A stretch of 64,000 nucleotides of DNA from the human T2T-CHM13v2.0 reference genome, Homo sapiens. Both the position numbers and the translations under genes were made by a program. Shown here in pieces: positions 1 through 13,652 of the stretch; position 1 is the stretch's first letter; every line of letters starts with the position of its first letter. The stretch is from the NCBI RefSeq assembly GCF_009914755.1, contig NC_060938.1; one strand, written 5' to 3'. The notes beneath the pieces were generated by a model. The model saw only the letters and a list, made by a program, of their open reading frames with translations. It was not told the origin of the DNA and searched no databases.

Positions 1-299
1 TAGTGGCTCATGTCTGTAATCCCAGCCCTTTGGGAGGCCAAGGCGAGTGGATTGCTTGAGCTCAGGAGTTCGAGACTAGCCTGGGCAACATGGCGAAATC
101 CTGTCTCTACAAAAAAATACAAAATTTAGCTCGGTGTGGTGGCACGTGTCTGTAGTCCCAGCTACTGGGGAGGCTGAGGTGGGAGGATCACTTGAGCCTG
201 GGGAGGCCGAGGTTGCAGTGAGCCATGATCACGCCACCACATTCCAACCTGGGTGCCAGAGCAAGATGGTGTCTGAAAAAAAAAAAGAAAGAAAGAAAA
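1..299 (+). mobile_element. Alu, J-type, 5' end clipped by the window
   Basis: Alu dimer with GGATTGCTTGAG/GGATCACTTGAGCCTGGG and A-rich tail. Confidence 0.9.
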
Positions 300-329
300 G
301 TATTCATTACAATACTGTCCATTAGATAA

Positions 330-1760
330 TTCCAGAATCTTCCTTCCTAGCTATTTTGAAAAATATGTGATATGTAGATAGAAACGTGCATAAAGCATTT
401 TTAAATGGTTTAAAGAATAAAGAATACACCCATGTGACCACCACTCAAATCAAGAACAGAAATATTGACAGTACGTCAAAGCCCATATGTACCCCTCTCC
501 GATCATAGTTCCCACTTACTTACCTGCAGAGGTACCATTAACCCAACACCTGCAATCTTGATTTTATTTTCTTTATAGTTTTAAACCCTATGGAGATATA
601 TATAGAGAGATATATGATACAGTATACAATTTTTCAATGAATACCTATTGTTTAGATATACATTGTGCATATATAGCATATATAATATTATATATACACA
701 ATATATATCTAAACAATATAGTTTAGTTTCACTATGGCTCACACCTGTAATCCCAGCACTTTGGGAGGCCAAGGCAGGTGGATCACCTGAGGTCAGGAGT
801 TCGAGATCAGCCTGGCCAACATGGTGAAACCCTGTCTGTACTAAAAATACAAAAAATTAGCCGGGTATTGTGGCACACGCCTGTAATCCCAGCTACTTGG
901 GAGGCTGAGGCAGGAGAATCACTTAAACCCAGGAGATGGAGGTTGCAGTGAGCCTAGACCATGCCATTGCACTCCAGTCTGGGGAACAAGAGTGAAACTC
1001 CATCTCAAAAATAAATAAATAGACAAATAAATAAGTAAATAAATAACTACAATCATTCCACATGTGTTCTATCATAACTTGTTCCTTTTGCCCAATATTT
1101 TGTTTGTGAGAATCACCCAGATTGTTCCATGGTAGCTAGCTATAGTTTGTTCATTCTCTTTGTTGTATACTATTTATTGTATGAATATGAGAGGATTTAT
1201 TTCTCTATTCTGCCACTGATAGATGTTTGAGGCTGTTCCTGTATGGGGGCTATTATGAACAACACTGCTATGGACATGTTGTACGTGTCTCCTGGCTTCT
1301 CTGGGTGTAAACCTGGAGTGGAATTACTGAGTGGCAGACTCTAAACACCTTTGACTCTACTAGAAATGTCTGTTTTCCAAGTGGTTGGAAGTGATTTCCA
1401 AGTGGTTATACTCCTGGTAACATTTCTATTGCTCCAAACACTTGCCAACATCATATATAGTTAGACTTCAATTTTTGCAAACCTAGTAGGTGTGTAGTAT
1501 CTCATTGTGGTTTTCATTTGTATTTCTCTGATTACTAGTAAAGTTAAAGATGTATATGAATATTTACTTACAATTAATTCTAGGTCAAATTATATGAATA
1601 TCTTTATAAATTTTTGATACACATAGATACATTGACCTCCAAAATATTATACCAAATTCCCTTATCACCAATCCCCCATATCTATTAAATACCTTTGACA
1701 ATTGGAAAGGTGGAAATGGCATTTGTTTATTTTTATTTCAAATTCCTTTGGTTACTAATA
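330..1760 (-). mobile_element. Old L1M (L1ME-like) 3' fragments, interrupted by an Alu
   Basis: Antisense L1 3'-end phrases such as gctattatgaacaacactgcta and tatctcattgtggttttcatttgtatttctctgatt. Confidence 0.65.
735..1045 (+). mobile_element. AluS (Sx-like)
   Basis: GGATCACCTGAGGTCAGGAGTTCGAG...GGCCAACATGGTGAAACC; (AAAT)n tail. Confidence 0.92.
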
Positions 1761-2039
1761 CATTTATATGTTTAAAATTACTATTCTGAGGCATTTGTCA
1801 GGGATATTTGTATCTCTTGCATTTTCCTATTGTAGATGGATTACCGGATGGTATTCTAGGCATCCAATTTCTAGTCTAAAGTTGCTAACCTTAAATTTCG
1901 CTGATATTAGAAATATTAAGACATTGACTTTATATCAAGTGGGATTTGGGGGAATTAGACATCTAAATTGTAATTTGTAGGTGAATTTCAGTGCATTAAT
2001 GTCTGTGAAGCTACTCTGAATGCTCAGAATAAAACAAAG

Positions 2040-2900
2040 AGGAGTGACTTTTGCTTTCAGAAAGATGAAATAGGTATTTTTTTGAATTCTTCTTGCTAAG
2101 TACAACTAAACACACTGGACATTATATATAAAACAAAGATAATAAGACTTCAAAATGTGAAGAAAAAAAGGCAGTTGAGGCAGGAGCTCTGAAATCTGAA
2201 GAACAACAGAGTGGTGAGGTCCCTGGACTTCTTTTTCCCCCTTATATCACAGATTGGTTGCTAAAGAAGCTAGCAACCCAGAGATGCCAATGGGCCCAGA
2301 CAAAAAAAAAAAAAAAAAAAGCCCCAACAAAAAGCCTCGTCCCTCTAGCTAAAAGACCAAGAAAGGGGCAAGACAGATACATTTAGAAAACAATCACTCT
2401 ACTGTAGCCAAAACCAAAGAATAAACCATGAGGAAGGCTGAGTGGGCAGCCTAGACTTCTACCCTCTCCAGGTGCCTCCACATGCCACCAGGGTCATGTC
2501 AAAGAAGGCAAAGGAAGAAGCCAGAACTTTCATTCTGGTTGGGTGGTAATGAGACCCCTCTTCTCCATGGTGGCAGTGGAGACCACGTGGGGATCTTTGA
2601 CTTCCACCCCTGCCCAAAAAGAATGAGGTCCCCCTTTCCCTCCCTTCTGGGGTAGTATCAGAGGCAGCCTAGTGAGAGTCAGGACTTTCACCACTGTCCA
2701 AGGAAAAGGAGGCCATCTCCATACCCCCATAACCATGTGGTGCTAGTGGAAACCACAAGTGGAATAGTGACGAGGACTCCTTTACCTCGCAGCAGGGAGG
2801 CAGCAGTAGAGGCCCGGCAGGTAGGTGGAATGTCCACCTCTGCTCAGCAATAATGAGGAGCCATCTCCTTGGTTTCAACAGAAGCTAGATGCTGGCCATA
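2040..2900 (+). mobile_element. Old L1M 5'-end region with internal tandem sub-repeats (L1MC/L1MD-like)
   Basis: Recurring ...cagtggagaccac...gacttccacc... units and an opening typical of L1M 5' ends. Confidence 0.5.
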
Positions 2901-3012
2901 AATCCCAGGAAGACTCCCAGAGCCAAATTTAGGGTACCATAGGGCCATGGATCTATGTATTTACTTTCCGTCAATCTGATGTTCTATATCTAATTGAGTG
3001 TTCCCTGGCCTC

Positions 3013-3748
<736 letters not shown>

Positions 3749-4284
3749 TATTTTTCTGCTTTATGGTTTGTATTATAGTGGCTAACTCTAAGCCATCATA
3801 GAATGATGTAGAGCACAAACAATAAATCAATACTCGTTATATGTCTTATTGGTCTGTCTCAGGATCAAGTCCAACGATCACATGTTTACACATCATGTGT
3901 AAAGAGAGACATCATGAGGTCTCTCTCTTTATCTCTAACATTTTCTATCTTCAACCCTTCTCTTCTGTCCTCCTCAGTCCCATCCTCTCCAATAACCTGT
4001 ACATCTTTACTTCATCACTATGTCTCTCCAAATACTCCCTTGAGTTACAAACAAAACAAGACATTCAAAAATCTTCATTTGACACTTCGATCCCTGTGAA
4101 TTTTCATGCTATTTCTCTCTTTCCCTTCACTGCCAAACTTTTTGCAAATGTATTTTATTTTCATGTCTTCCATTTGCTCACTTCTTAGCCCACTAGTACC
4201 TTGTTTCCGTAGATACTACTCTACTGAAGCTGACCTCTTGAACTTTCAAGGTTCAAATACCTCCAGGTCACCAAATCCAACCAT

Positions 4285-4790
4285 GCAGAGCCTGCTAGTT
4301 GCCCCTCAGTATCCATTCTCCCCTTCTTCCTTTGTAATAGAATTCTAGGCAAACTGTCCAGCTGAAAAGTCTATTTCGCAGCATCCTTTGCCCCTAGGAG
4401 TGACCTGTTATTCAATTTTGGCCAATTAGATATAGCAAAATTGTGGAATAGCATTTAAAAAAATAGTGCTTTTTTAAAAAAGCTGGAGCAGGCCTTTCTC
4501 TTCCCATCCTTTCTTTTTCTTCCTCAAGAACAGATGTAATGTCTGGAGCATTAGCAGCCACCTTGGATCAGTAGATGACCTTGAGAATGTGAGCTGAGTG
4601 GGATGGTGCAGAAAGATATGAGGACTTCAGCTGTGTCCCTAGTGGAATCAGGGAGTTGCCAAGCCAGTGGTAGACTGACTTCCTATAGACTTCTGACTTC
4701 TTTTATATAAGAGAATGATTGTTTTAATGTTTAAGACACTGTAGCAGGATCTGTCACTAGTAGCTAAATGCAATCCCTAACGGATATGCC
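4285..4790. mobile_element. MaLR LTR (MLT1-type)
   Basis: MLT1-like ends (ctgctagttgcccctcagtatccattctcccctt ... gctaaatgcaatccctaac). Confidence 0.6.
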
Positions 4791-5871
4791 AGTGATCTCT
4801 GATTGTTCATGTATTCATTTATTACATAAATATTTGTTTAGCACCAATTTTGTGCCAGGCATCATTTTAAATATGGTGGAAATTAGACAAAGTCCATCAG
4901 GTTTGACAGGCTATTTAGACATAGAAATGGAGAGGTCGGGGGCAGTTGGGTTTTTTAAAATAATCGGTCGCTAAAAAAGAGAAGCAGAGGAGGTCTAATT
5001 TTGAGAAATATTGCCCCATAGTTGCCCTTTAAAGCTTCAATATGATCATCTCGGGAAAGAAGACAGAAAGAGAGAAAAGTCTAGAACAGCCCAGGAATAC
5101 TTCAGCATTTGGGGGACCGACAGAAGCAGAGCCAGGGCAGGGAGGCCATTGATAAAAGGAAAACCAAAGAGTGTGCTATCAATGAAGGCCAGAAAAGAAA
5201 ATACTTCCGGGGAGGAAGGAATAGTCAGATGCTTACTGAGAGGTAGAGTCAGACATAAACAGAGAACTGGAAGTTCTTAATCTTCAAAGGAAAACAACCA
5301 TGAAGCTAATGAAGCTTAGGCCTCACAGTTCCTCTCTAGCCCAGGTGTCTTCCAATATCTTGTGCCTAATTCTGTATCTGCAGTTTTATATCAGTTTACT
5401 TACATATAATTCTCCAAGTTTTATACACTTGAGCTTCACAAAATCTAGACGTGCCTCTCTTCATTGTCCTTTACCTCTCTGTAACATCCTGACCACATGT
5501 ACTTCATCGACTTTTCTTCTTTAGCTTCTGGTGATGCCTCATTCTCTTACACTGTTCTCTCCCCTTCTCCAGCCATTCCCTAAATGAGAATATGGGCTGA
5601 CATTAGACCTCAACCTTGTTCTCTCTACACTATCCCCTTATCAAGTTAGTCATTTATATCATCCTTACACGAGCAACTCCTAAATTTGTACTTCCAGCAC
5701 TGATCTCTACCTCCCAAACATGGACAAAGAATTATTCCCCTCCAAAATAAAAAAATTTTAAATAAAACTCATGAGCAAAAGTGAAATGCATAAAAAGGGA
5801 AAGAAGTATATGCTTGACCCAGTCAAGGTTACTCATTGGCATGTTCTTTCAGCAAAGAAATAGAAGACAGC

Positions 5872-6455
5872 CTATCTTAACTATCTATTGCTGATAACTA
5901 ACAAATTAGCCTGCATTTATCAACTTAAAACAACATTTATTATCTCGCGGTTTCTATAGGACAGCAGTCTGGATGAGGCTTAGTTAGGTCCTCTGCTTCA
6001 GGGTCATCCACAGGCTGCAATCCAAGTCTTGACAGGAGTTATAGTTATCTCAAGGCTTATGTGGGGGAAGGAGCCACTTCCTAGCTCCCTCACATGGTGT
6101 TGCCTAGATTCAGTTCCTCTAAGGTTGTTGGACTGAAGGTCTCAGTTTCTTGCCAGCTGTTGGCTAGAGGCGGCTCTCAGTTTCTTCCCATGTGGACCTT
6201 TCCACAGGGCAGCCTACACCATGGTAGGTGGCTTCATCAGAGAGAACAAGTGAGAGGACAAGAGGGAGTGCCAGCAAGATGAAAGTTAGTCTTTCATAAC
6301 CTAATCTTGAAAGTGACATCCATCACTTTTGCCTTATTGTATTGATAGAAGCCAATCCTTAGGTTAAGCTCACACATAAGGCGAGCAGCTTATACAGGAA
6401 GTGAGTGAGGAGGCAGGGATATCTGGGAAGCCATTTTAGAAGCACTGTACCACAC
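5872..6455. mobile_element. MaLR LTR (MLT1F-like)
   Basis: cttaaaacaacatttattatctc...gccattttagaagcactgtaccaca. Confidence 0.7.
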
Positions 6456-7217
6456 AGCCCCTCTCCTCCAGGAACTCACAGTACAGCTGAGAAATTACCT
6501 GGAAAAGGCTGGAAATTGTATAAGTACCTGGAAAAGACTAAGGTGTGCTGGCCCCATGACCGTCAAGGTAGGTATATGTTACTCTATAGTTTAGTCACTG
6601 TGTCTCTATCAAATTGCGCGTAACACGTTTGAGATTGTCACTGGTTTTCAGTGTGTCTTTGAGATACATTTTATGCGGGTTGCTCTCCTCCCCGCCCACT
6701 CCAGGATAATTGCTTTAATAATAAAACATAAGCTTAAAAAGCTTAACTGCGCTGTTATGTAGTTGTCCTTATTAACGGCTCCGATTCTTTTTTTTTGCGT
6801 TACAGCTCATTGTAAAATATGGTGATTCAATTTCATTTTCCACTTTGCTGTGTTGAAAGCTCCAGCAAAACACTCCTCTTCATTAAACTAGGAGACACCT
6901 TTATCATGGTTTGAGTTATCTGCATGAATACAGGAACTCAAATTTCCCGACTCATCTACAGAGTTTTCATTATGCTATGGAATGAAAAAAAAAAAAAAAG
7001 ACGCACTAGCATATTCTAATCTCTCTAAAAATTACTCAGTGATTTAATAAGTAGCACACAGACTTATTGTAATTAGTCATAGTAACGTAGTAAATCGTAA
7101 TAAATACATAATTGTGATTAATGTATTTATTGGCTTACTTTGCACATACGGTAAATACACCACCCTTTTTTTTTTTTTAGCACAGGTAGGGGCTCCTGGC
7201 TGATCGTGGCCCTTTTG

Positions 7218-7247
7218 TGCAGTTCCACCCCGCACCGTAGGGGGCAG
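7218..7247 (+). promoter_or_regulatory. Candidate CTCF site (upstream motif plus core)
   Basis: TGCAGTTCC at 7218-7226, 7-bp spacer, then ACCGTAGGGGGCAG at 7234-7247 (12/14 to CCAGTAGGGGGCAG). Confidence 0.55.
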
Positions 7248-7657
7248 GAGCAGCCCTTCCTCGCTCGCGGTTTTCGACGCTGCTTTGGTCTCTGTCAGAC
7301 CCAACCAAGTCAGTATAAAAGGGGGGAATAGCCATGGAGAAGGTAGGCCTGTGGCCGGGCTTGCTTTTTAAAGGGAATGCTCTCCTGGTGATTAGGAACC
7401 TTAAATCACATTATAAGTAGGTGAACGCCAATGCGTGGTGCACTGCGGGAAAACTCGCAGGGCCTGGCTCAAGGGAGGCCTGGCATTTTCTCCTCCCCGC
7501 GCTCAGGCGGAGAAAGGTGCGGTCCAACCCGCGGAGGCTCGACCCGGAAGCCGCCGTGGCCGCCGCACAAGCTGCGCTCGTCTCTCGGCTGGGGAGCTCC
7601 GTGTCGCACCGGGTTCTTGGGCTGGCCGTGTCCTTCTCCCTCGGTCGCCACTGGCCC

Positions 7658-7817
7658 ATGAGTCCCCATGGCGACGGCAGGGGCCAGGCCCAGGGGCGGG
7701 CAGTCCGAGTGGGGCTGCGGCGCTCCGGGGGCATCCGCGGCGGCGTGGCGGTGTTCGCCGCCGTGGCCGCAGTGTTCACCTTCACCCTGCCCCCTTCGGT
7801 ACCGGGGGGAGACTCCG
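7658..7817 (+). CDS. TMEM260: TMEM260 coding exon 1 (c.1-160): [53 protein letters not shown], including TM1 and Asp52
   Basis: ATG at 7658 within the CpG island; translation matches the TMEM260 N-terminus as I recall it; donor CCG|gtaaag; phase 1 matches exon 2. Confidence 0.97.
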
Positions 7818-8629
7818 GTAAAGTACTCGCAGGGTTGCCCCTTCTGTCCCTCTCCCCTGGTCCCAGAACGGGCAGGGTCTGCGTCTGGCCCCTGCTCTTG
7901 GCATTCGGTCTGGTCAGCTCTGGGCCTCCATCCACCCCCCTGTGCACAGCGCACTATTGTGTGTTCCAGAGCCCACTTCTGTTTCCATTCCTGTCGTTGT
8001 GGTTTCTTTAGTTCTCAGGTTTTCGAGATGGGGCGTATTGTTGGTTTCGCCTGGTGGGGCTTATCGACCTCTCCACTTCCCCAGATCTTTTATCCTGGTC
8101 CTGAGTATTTACTTTCAGTCTTTTTTAGTCCACAGATATTATTCACGGTGTCCTTATTATGTTTCAAACAAAAGAACAGTAGTGGCGAACAGATAATTGC
8201 TAGTGTTCCAGTGCGGTTAGACAATACACAAGTTAATGAGTAAACAGCATATTCACTGGTGATAAGTTATGGAGACAGTAGGAGGGAAATATGATTGAGA
8301 GTGGGGGTAAGTAGTGGGTCCTTCCGAATGACTATTCAGGAAAGACCTCTGAAGAGGTGGTGTTTTAGTTGAAACCTGAATATTGAGAAGGAACTAGCCA
8401 TGCAGAATATTTGCAGGAGAACTCTTAAAAAGGTGGAAGCCAGGTGCGGCTGTTTCTATGAAAAAGAAAAGCATGACTCATTGGCCCTTAAATCACACTA
8501 ATTGTTTTGTATTTGATGCAAGAAACAAGATCCATGTTTTGTTTTTGGATTCAATAATGCCATATCATGGCCAGTAATTTTGTCAGAATAGTGCTGTAAT
8601 TTCAGGTGGTGAACCTATGGACTGAAGAA

Positions 8630-9069
8630 GCAGTTTTTGCTGCATGACTAGTGATCCCCAAATTGAGCAGCTTAAACAGCAAACGTTTATCGTCTCCCGT
8701 TTTTGTAAATCAGGAGTCTGGGTGCCGTTTAAGCTAGATGCTCGTACTCAGAAAAAGGTTGCTGTCATGGTGTGCGATGGGGCTGCGGTCTTCTCAAGGC
8801 TCAATTTGGGGAGAAACGCAATCTAGTTCTTTGCTATGTGGGTCTCCATAAGTTAACTGACTTCTGTCAAGAAAAAGATGAAGGACACCTCTCTGTCTGA
8901 CAGCTCTGTCATTTTGTAACCTAATACTGTAAGTGATATACCACTTCTGCATTTTATTCCTGGAACTTCGTCAGTAAACCCAACCCATATTCAAGGGGGA
9001 AGGATTACACAGGTGAGAATATCAGGACTTGGGGATTAGTGGGGATCATATTTAGGGCTGCCTACCACA
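8630..9069. mobile_element. MaLR LTR (MLT1)
   Basis: cccaaattgagcagcttaaacagcaaacgtttat...ggctgcctaccaca. Confidence 0.65.
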
Positions 9070-9339
9070 TTGAAGATCTTTGATGTTACATCTTCAAATT
9101 GTTACCTTTCTTCTTTCAGGTCCTGTTGCACAAGTAGGGATAGTGTTTCATTCGTGTAGTAGGGAGTTTCTGTACAGTGTTACCAAGATTGGTATTTCAT
9201 AATGGAAGTAACTTTATAGTTGTGAGTTTTGGTGCTGGAGAGCATTATTCAGAGGTTAGGTAGTTCTGTTACTTGTAAAAAAATAAAAAGATTGACAGCT
9301 ACTTATGGTTGGTTGAGTGTGAAGGATGGGAGTGAGATT

Positions 9340-9560
9340 TATAATAACTGACGTTTGTTGGGCACTTACTATGTGCCAGGCACTGTTCCAAGTGCTTTAT
9401 ATGGGTTGTTGTTTTAACCCTCCCAGCTACCCTTAAAAGTAGGTGCAATTATTATTTTCCTTTTATAAATGGGAAAACTAAGGCTAAGCTATGCCCAAAG
9501 TCACACAAAGTAGAGAAATCAGGAAAAGAAAAGTATATTGACTTCAGAATATGTCCCCTT
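9340..9560 (-). mobile_element. MIR SINE
   Basis: cacttactatgtgccaggcactgttccaagtgcttta...gaaaactaaggct...aaagtcacaca. Confidence 0.75.
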
Positions 9561-11728
9561 AACCTCTACTTTTCGTCAAAACATTTCATGAAATTCTTTT
9601 CTAAATCCACCATCACATATGTAGTGATGTTTAAAATTTATTTAAAATCATGATTATTGCCTTGCCTTTATTAATACTGTATTTTATTTTTTCCTAAAAG
9701 AATAAAGTTGTGTATTCACCTTGAGTTACCAAACTTTAGGTGCTTTAATTTTGTTTGGTTTGATGTTAAATAGTGGTTGCTTCTAATATTTTTATGTTCA
9801 TTTTTGGGAATGATAAACTGTTTTCCAAGTATATGCCAATATGGAAAATTTGCTTTATCGTATATTTGATAATTGTGTTTACATGTTGAATGCACTATTC
9901 TTGAATGTTTATGAATTATATTTTCATCAATAAACAGAACACATCTCAAAACCAGTATAAAGCATGTATTCTTCTTCCTGATAAGTCTTACATTTTACTC
10001 CATAGATTCATCACATTGTGTCGTCTTGCCAAAATTATTTTTTGTACCACTTGACACACACAGTTCATTTATGGGCAGGGTGCTTGTGGTGCTTTTCGGG
10101 GAGGGGGTAGGAATCTGGCCTTCACTAAATTAGTTTGTACGTGAGTTTATTTCAAAGATACTGTCTTTAACAGATGTGATGTGTGACAGTCTAGTCTAAT
10201 TAATATTGAGAAGTATGATATAAAGGGAGCTGGTTTTTGTAAAGGTTAAGCATCTGCTGACAACTCTGGGCTTGCCATTAGTTTGTATTGCAGACAACAA
10301 AGCCGTGGTTCTCAGACAGGAACGTACTTCAGAATTACCTGGGAAACTTGAGCCCCCAGTGCAAGTGGGTCTTAGTAGATTATGGAATTTGGAGGTGTGG
10401 GCAAGGAATCTTCATTTTTAAAAAGCAGGTTAATTCTGATGCAGGTAGACACAACTGAGGAACCTTTCATGTAAAGGGTTGGGAGAAAGCCAAGACTCGG
10501 GAAGCTCGAGGTTTTTTTAGTATTCCCTTCCTCTTTATCACAATCAATTTAAGAGTAGTATTTCCCTTTAGATCTTTATCAAGGTTACATTTAGAGACGT
10601 TGAATGGGGACATCTTTTCTATTTCGATTTTAGTTTAACATTTGATAAGAATTGATGAAAGTTTGTCACATTCCAGATTTATCTTTATAGCAGCAGAAGT
10701 CTGGCAAATAATAACAGCACACTGACTTTTCCATGGTAAAAAGAAGTTAGAGAAAAACAGCCTATTTTTCTTAATGTTAAATGTAATTCTGAATACATTT
10801 TAAATGGAGGAGAATGAATAGTGACCTTTGAAATTTTGAATTTATGGTGGCTTCGTTACAAAAAGATTACAGGAACAAAAAAATCGAAAATAGTTTGGAG
10901 CTAAAGACTTAAGAGCTAATCCATTATGGAGTAAACTATAAAATCATATCCTTTACAGTAGTTAACAAAGGGAACAGTTGTTTGAGACATTGTGAGACCA
11001 TAAACTATTTAAAAAGAAGCATTTAGGATATAAAATGTGCTGGTTTCTCAGGTGCTCTTGAATATCTCTTAACAAATGTCCTTAAGTAATTGACTTAATC
11101 TGTCTTCAGGTGCCCTTATAAGGCTTCCATGATGCAGTCACCTAAGACTGGGGTGTCTTAGTAGCAAGGATGACAATGTGATGTGTATTTTTGTTAACCT
11201 CTGTGTGTATGGCTTGAATTGATGCTTTGTGTGTGGCCAGAGGGGAGAGGTGGTGGTATCCTGGCACGATCGTGAAATGGATAGGATAATGTTTTTAAAC
11301 TTAGTGGGAGAGAGAAATGAAAACCAACCAGAATATAAGGCCATCTAAAGTGCTAAATAGACTCAAGCAGGTTCTATGGAGGAGGAAGAAGTGATTAATT
11401 CTGATGGGGAGGCTGGGGAAGCAGGTGTCTAAGGAAAGGTTACCAAGAAGGTGGCAATTGAACTTGGCCTTGAAGGATTTAGGGGGAGAATGCTAGGGAA
11501 AATATTCCAGGGTGAGAAAATGAGTGAGAAGAGGTGCAAAAGAGGACCACTCCAGAGAAACAGTGGGTAATAAGATTTGACTGGAGGGAACATAGGTTTC
11601 ATGGATATAAGCCTAGAAAAGGGACCTTGAAACCATAGAAAGCTTGAACGTCATGCTGAGGAATCTGAACTTCGTTCAGTAAGCAGAGAGCAGCCATTGA
11701 GAAATTTTAGACTAGGGATGCAATCCAG

Positions 11729-11733
<5 letters not shown>

Positions 11734-11766
<33 letters not shown>
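11734..11766. repeat. (TG)16 microsatellite within L2-like sequence
   Basis: Read directly. Confidence 0.95.
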
Positions 11767-11772
<6 letters not shown>

Positions 11773-12739
11773 TTAGGGGCATGGGGGAAGGCAGGTGTTG
11801 ATTATAAGTGATTTCAGTATGAAGATGAATTGAAGTAGGATTGGTCAAGTCTGTTGCCATAGTCCAGGCCAGAGAGAGTAAAGGTCTAAATTGTAGCTGG
11901 GACAGAAATTAAATGCAGAGTATTGCTATCTATGAAAGGATAGGAAGTGGACAGTAGTACATTTCCTAATAGGTACTAGTAACTTTCATGAGTCATTCAT
12001 CAATATTGATTCCTTACATTGTACGGTACTACAATGTACAGGGATGAGTCAGAAATAGTCCCTGTGCTCTGAATACGTAAAAGGTTAACAAATAGGCATC
12101 AAATTACTGCATCATAATTTTAGAAATAGTCACTAATGGTGAGGAACTATAAAGGACTATGTAAAGAATATTATTTAATGGTTTGAAAAAATGTCTTACA
12201 GTGAACCTTACCGAAATAACGTGGAGTTAATAAACACTTGGAAATCATTTAAAGATATCCAGTGCAATTAATGTGGAGAAGATACCCAAATGCCAGTTTT
12301 AGGGTAGTATGGGACATTTTATGGAGTGTCCAAACCTCAGATGTCTGCGCATTTTACCTTACTATAAGGTTGTATCTTTATAGACTTTCGTGCTAATTTC
12401 TTGAGGGATAATAAAGCATATTACACTAATGCTCCAACAGTATTTGTATATTTGCAAGTGGATACAACTTTCAAGAGGGAAAATAAGCATTTTTTAAAGA
12501 CCAGAATGTACCTATATTTCCACTGACCACTTCTTAAAGACTATCAAAGATAGTTTGTTCAATAAGACCTAAAGGAGAAAATATTCTTAGACTATTTCAT
12601 GCTGTTAAATCTCTACAGATTTACAGTTTTATCCAGTCAAATTAATGCAAAACCCCAATGCAAGCATTTGGATTTTGAAAACTTTGGAGGAGTGTCATTC
12701 TCTAATAGTAATTATTGGTTTTACATTATTTTTTCACAG

Positions 12740-12771
12740 GGGAACTGATCACAGCCGCACATGAGCTTGGA
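12740..12771 (+). CDS. TMEM260: TMEM260 exon 2 (32-nt micro-exon, c.161-192): GELITAAHELG
   Basis: Acceptor ttttttcacag, donor GGA|gtaagt; completes the GDSGE motif in frame. Confidence 0.96.
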
Positions 12772-13499
12772 GTAAGTATTAGTTTTATTGTTTAATCAAT
12801 GCTCTCATTAACAGTTTTAGGAATTAAGAAAGTTTAATTAAGCATGGAGTAAAGTAGATTAATTTATTTTCAAACCCCCGTTTTTAGTAACTTATAAGTA
12901 CAGTACGTGACAATTTACTTTAAGTTTTAAATCCAATTAAACTAAATTATAAAGCAAAGCCTTTACTATATATACAGTAGCTGCCTTATTATCACCCCAA
13001 ATTTTGTATAAGCTGTGGGGAATAAAATAAATCGGGTTAACAGTTTTAATAAGTTTATTATTTAATAAACTTTATTATGGTGCATGATCCCTTCAGGCAA
13101 GACCTTACGACTGTCAGCATGGTGGTAATCCGATAGCAGTGTGGTCTTTCAACTTTCTAACCAATACGATATTTCAGAACCTGCTTTTTTTCAATAGCCT
13201 TTTAAATGACCCTAATGTACTGTGAACCCAGAGAACAAACTGCTTAAGAACTGACAATGAAATATGTCACCCTTTCTCTGGGTGACGCACCATGTGATAG
13301 ACACTGCCAAATCCACTAAAGAAAATATTTATTTGTATTGCCTCAAGAGGATTACAATAGAAAACCACTATTCAAACATTTAGTCATTGGTGCCTAATCT
13401 TTATAGCTGCTTGAGAAAAGGGCTACTTTTCAATTAAGGCCTGTGGGACTCTTCCTTTCCTAGATGAAAACCTTCTAACTGTTGCTAATTTTTCCGTAG

Positions 13500-13652
<153 letters not shown>

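Larger units (their letters stand above)
7190..7950. promoter_or_regulatory. CpG island / TMEM260 promoter and 5' UTR
   Basis: Sharp rise in GC and CpG density in an AT-rich window; ETS/GABP-type CCGGAAG at 7544-7550; GC box GGGGCGGG at 7693-7700. Confidence 0.9.

Noticed and set aside
7411-8243. Several long overlapping ORFs on both strands (128-196 aa) over the CpG island
   Set aside because: Expected from stop-codon scarcity in GC-rich DNA; low-complexity Pro/Arg/Gly products. Only 7658-7817 is supported as coding, and the 7668 AUG is treated separately.
13051-13072. 10-bp AT-rich hairpin AAGTTTATTA-TT-TAATAAACTT, and the nearby GTCACCC-N7-GGGTGAC at 13266-13286
   Set aside because: Short or AT-rich enough to be expected by chance in 64 kb
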